The translations under genes and the position numbers were made by a program. DNA of 28,693 nt. It comes from a virus. Its lineage: Duplodnaviria; Caudoviricetes. Position 1 is the stretch's first letter; each line of letters opens with the position of its first letter. The DNA is taken from positions 1 to 28,693 of the IMG/VR virus record IMGVR_UViG_3300020477_000100, one strand, 5' to 3'. Below are positions 25,418 through 28,693 of the stretch, in pieces. The notes under the pieces were generated by a model. That model was not told where the DNA came from and searched no databases. It saw only the letters and a program-made list of their open reading frames with translations.

Positions 25418-26989
25418 ATGGCTACAGGCACTTACACCCTCAGTGTGGACTGGAACAACGACGGAGACTTTTCTGACTCCGGTGAAGATATAACTGCGCG
25501 CACCATGAAGTTGGAATGGAAGCGTGGCAATGACTACGCTTCGCAGTTGGTCGGGAAGGCCGTCGCAGGGACGCTGAACGCTACGCTGAATAACGTCAGC
25601 GGGGATTACAGCACCTTCAACACGTCCAGCCCGCTAACCGGGAACTTGTTGCCGGGGCGCAAAGTGAAACTGACCGGCAATGACGGTTCCACCACCCGGA
25701 CACTCTGGCAGGGATTCCTCGACAGCATCGAGCCGATTCCATCCGTCAAGGGCGCGAACCTGGCCCGGCTCAAGGCGATTGGCCCGCTGGGATACCTCAA
25801 CAAGTTTGAAGTCAGCACGGCAATGTTCGTGTCCAGATACGCAGGCGACCTCATTGGAGAGATACTGGATGCGGCTGGATGGCCCGAAGATGACCGCGAC
25901 TTGGACACAGGGATAGTCGAGTTCCCCCGGTTCTGGTGCCACGCCACCAAGACGTTAAAGGCGTTGCGGTTGGTGGAAGAAACAGAGACAGGACTGCTGG
26001 AGGAATCGGCAGATGGCAAGATTGTCTACCGTGACCGTCACGCCCGCAGTAAGGATGCCCGCTCTACGGCATCACAAGCCACGTACAGCGACGCAAGTGC
26101 CGCTTCCCTATCCTACAGCCAGATAGGGCAGATTGACCCCCTTAAATTCGTTTACAACGAGCTACGGGCAAACCTGAAGCTCCATTCGGGAGCATGGATA
26201 TTAGGAGAATCATCCCTGGGTGTGCAAACCGAAATCGGTGGTGACCCTGCCGTCCTCTGGACATACCCTGAGACTGGTGACAACTCACCCAGCATCGAGG
26301 CTGGGGCAACTAAGACATTCGTGGCCCAGTATCCATCCAGCGGTTCAGCGAACACGGCCCGCGCAGTCGATTTCTGGCGCGACCTCACGGCGACCACGGA
26401 CTACCTGGCGAATGATGCCGCAGATGGCTCCGGGACGAACAGGACGGCCAACATTACCGTGACGCTGACCAAGAGGGCGCAGAGTATGGATATAGCCCTG
26501 GCAAACGGTCACAGTGACACGGTTTACATCACCAAGCTACAAGCACAGGGTCACGCGGTTACTGCGAAGGACGATTTCGAGGTGTCGGCAACGGACGCGA
26601 CCAGCCAGACCGCATTTGGCAAACGCACCTATCCGCACCCTGGCAAGTTTGTGCCGTCAGCAACTGAAGCGCAGAACTGGGCGGATTTTCACGTTGCGGC
26701 ATGGAAAGACCCAGTGCCTTTGCTAAAATTGACGATGGTGGGCAATCGGTCAACAGCAACGCTGACTGATATTATGAGTCGTGAAATCAGCGACCTCGTG
26801 ACCGTCACGGCAAACAACGACAGCGGCCTTGGAATCAACGAGTCTTTCTTCGTCGAATCTGTCCACCACCAATTGGACGCGGCGTTGAATCATCGGGCAA
26901 CATACACGCTCAGTCAGTCTAGCGGTTACGCTGGATTTTTCTTGATTGGAACTTCTGCACTGGGCGTTAGTACGCGCCTGGCATATTAG
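25418..26989 (+). CDS. Minor tail / tail-tip hub protein
   Basis: Follows TMP; DGKIVYRDR, DATSQTAFGKRT and ISDLVTV...FFVESVHH patterns typical of siphovirus tip proteins. Confidence 0.75.
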   Translation: MATGTYTLSVDWNNDGDFSDSGEDITARTMKLEWKRGNDYASQLVGKAVAGTLNATLNNVSGDYSTFNTSSPLTGNLLPGRKVKLTGNDGSTTRTLWQGFLDSIEPIPSVKGANLARLKAIGPLGYLNKFEVSTAMFVSRYAGDLIGEILDAAGWPEDDRDLDTGIVEFPRFWCHATKTLKALRLVEETETGLLEESADGKIVYRDRHARSKDARSTASQATYSDASAASLSYSQIGQIDPLKFVYNELRANLKLHSGAWILGESSLGVQTEIGGDPAVLWTYPETGDNSPSIEAGATKTFVAQYPSSGSANTARAVDFWRDLTATTDYLANDAADGSGTNRTANITVTLTKRAQSMDIALANGHSDTVYITKLQAQGHAVTAKDDFEVSATDATSQTAFGKRTYPHPGKFVPSATEAQNWADFHVAAWKDPVPLLKLTMVGNRSTATLTDIMSREISDLVTVTANNDSGLGINESFFVESVHHQLDAALNHRATYTLSQSSGYAGFFLIGTSALGVSTRLAY

Positions 26990-26997
26990 GAGGATTT

Positions 26998-28693
26998 ATG
27001 GCCTGGACAACTCCACGGACGTGGACAACCGGGGAAGTGGTCACGAAGTCAATCATGGACACCCATGTCCGTGATAATTTCAACGTGACCGCGCCCGCTG
27101 TTCTGACAGCGACAGGTGACATCCTTTACGCATCGAGTGCAAACGCTCCGGCGCGATTAGCCAAGGGTGCGGCAAATACAGTCCTGACTATGGGTGGGTC
27201 TTGCGTCCCTGCGTGGAGTGCTTCTCCATCGGTGACTGACCTGACCATCGGTGGCGGGTGCATAACCCTGACAGGCGCGGCGACAGATATTGACCTCATT
27301 GACAACAATGCTTGCGCCCTCTCTTTTGACGCTTCAGGGCAGGCAGGCATCCTTGCGATAGACACCCAGAACTGCGCCGAAGGCGTGAAGATGAACGGCA
27401 AGCTGACCGTAGGCGTGGACGACACAGGATATGACGTGAAGTTCTTTGGTGCCGCCGCAGGCGCATATATGGAATGGGATGAATCAGCCAACCTGCTGGA
27501 AGTCAGAGGGGCAACTGCGGCTGGGCCTGGTCATCTGAAATTGACCACAGGTGAAACCACTGTTGTTGCCTGCGATGTCCTTGGCAAGATTGAATTCCAA
27601 GCACCTGCGGAAGCAGACTGTTCGGCTGATGCCAGACTGATTGCGGCAAGCATTGCGGCGGTAGCACAAGGTACGTTCTCCAATACGGTTAACGCCACTG
27701 ACCTTATTTTCTACACGGGCCACTCAGAAACAGCGGCAGAAAAAATACGCTTCACGAGTCAGGGCGAGATAGGCATAGGCGGTGCGAACTACGGTAACGA
27801 TGGACAGGTTCTGACCAGCGGTGGTGCTGGTGCGGCGGTAGCGTGGGAAGATGCTAGTGGTGGCCTTGATTCTTGCGCCGATGCCATCATTCACAACGGC
27901 TATGGAATCGTCATAGGCCATACGGCGGCATTGGCCGCTGGTGACCACCCAGCCAATACAGTCGGTGAATTTACTATGATTGGGTCTGCTGGTGGTGATA
28001 CAGGAGTACACATAATCCGTCACTCCTCTGATGCTGGTGGCGGCGCAATTCGATTTGCCAAATCGCGTAACGCCACCGTTGGTTCCCATACTGTAGTGCA
28101 AGCCTGCGACACTCTAGGTGAGATAAGTTGGTTTGGCTGTGATGGTGGGGACTTGCAACCGTTCGCCGCCCGAATCAGAGTTCATGTTGACGGGACTCCA
28201 GGCACCAACGATATGCCTGGCCGCATAGACTTCTCCACAACGGCTGACGGGGGGTGCGACCCAACTCTAGCGATGAGGATAAACAAGTCACAGCAGGTTC
28301 TACCTCAGGCATCGGTTTATATCAAAGAAACTGCTAATGGCAACATGGGTCTTGGCTTAACCATTAATCAGGATGGATACGACAATGAAATCTTCGCCCT
28401 CAAATCCAGTGATGTGGCCCACGGTGTAACGTGCCGCGCAGAAACGGACACCTATGGATACATCGCGAAAACTGGAGGGGCAAATGGTGGCCTTGGGATA
28501 ACCGGCCTCACTGAATATTCGGGCTACGGCATCGTCTTGTCTGGTATTACGTGTGGCGACAATACCACTAAGGGTACTGGGGGCTTTGGACAGGTGATGG
28601 TTCAGGCACTCAAGAAATCCGGCAGTACCACCGCTAGTGCAGGGTCTGATGCCAACCTGTTTGTGATTCAAGCAGGCGGTTCTACGGCCCGAT
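26998..28693 (+). CDS. Tail fibre / receptor-binding protein (runs off window)
   Basis: AGGAGG RBS; MAWTTPRTWTTGEVVT...VRDN start; frame open for 565 codons to the edge; fibre modules GDILYA, GQVLTSGGAGA, NDMPGRIDFSTTADG. Missing from the ORF track because it has no stop in the window. Confidence 0.88.
   Translation, partial: MAWTTPRTWTTGEVVTKSIMDTHVRDNFNVTAPAVLTATGDILYASSANAPARLAKGAANTVLTMGGSCVPAWSASPSVTDLTIGGGCITLTGAATDIDLIDNNACALSFDASGQAGILAIDTQNCAEGVKMNGKLTVGVDDTGYDVKFFGAAAGAYMEWDESANLLEVRGATAAGPGHLKLTTGETTVVACDVLGKIEFQAPAEADCSADARLIAASIAAVAQGTFSNTVNATDLIFYTGHSETAAEKIRFTSQGEIGIGGANYGNDGQVLTSGGAGAAVAWEDASGGLDSCADAIIHNGYGIVIGHTAALAAGDHPANTVGEFTMIGSAGGDTGVHIIRHSSDAGGGAIRFAKSRNATVGSHTVVQACDTLGEISWFGCDGGDLQPFAARIRVHVDGTPGTNDMPGRIDFSTTADGGCDPTLAMRINKSQQVLPQASVYIKETANGNMGLGLTINQDGYDNEIFALKSSDVAHGVTCRAETDTYGYIAKTGGANGGLGITGLTEYSGYGIVLSGITCGDNTTKGTGGFGQVMVQALKKSGSTTASAGSDANLFVIQAGGSTAR

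Noticed and set aside
27126-28671. Minus-strand ORFs at the right end
   Set aside because: Shadows of the uninterrupted plus-strand tail fibre frame.
1-28693. Stop-codon reassignment, introns/inteins, integrase or att sites
   Set aside because: TAA, TAG and TGA all end genes at expected lengths; core genes look uninterrupted; no recombinase is visible.

Overview
Contiguous piece of a tailed (siphovirus-like) phage or prophage genome. Left end: a leftward operon encoding a putative COOH-NH2 amidoligase and a class II glutamine amidotransferase, divergent from a small HTH regulator. Next comes a rightward DNA-modification operon: ParB-like protein, C5-cytosine MTase-fold enzyme with Arg in place of the motif X Asn, and a CmoA-like carboxy-SAM synthase, which together point to cytosine carboxymethylation. 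The rest is a near-complete virion morphogenesis module: two membrane proteins, TerS, TerL, SPP1-type portal, MuF fused to a zincin domain with a candidate immunity gene, scaffold, capsid and decoration proteins, head-tail joining genes, a Mu Com-like zinc finger, three tandem tail-tube paralogs, a tail chaperone with a -1 frameshift, tape measure, thermonuclease, tail tip, and a tail fibre running off the right edge. The most notable non-coding signals are a 17-nt Com-target-like motif present twice in the tail region (once ahead of an attenuator-like leader, once over the chaperone RBS/ATG) and a dispersed promoter-like repeat family. No integrase, endolysin, tRNA or CRISPR array was seen. 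All calls come from manual motif reading; no database searches were run.
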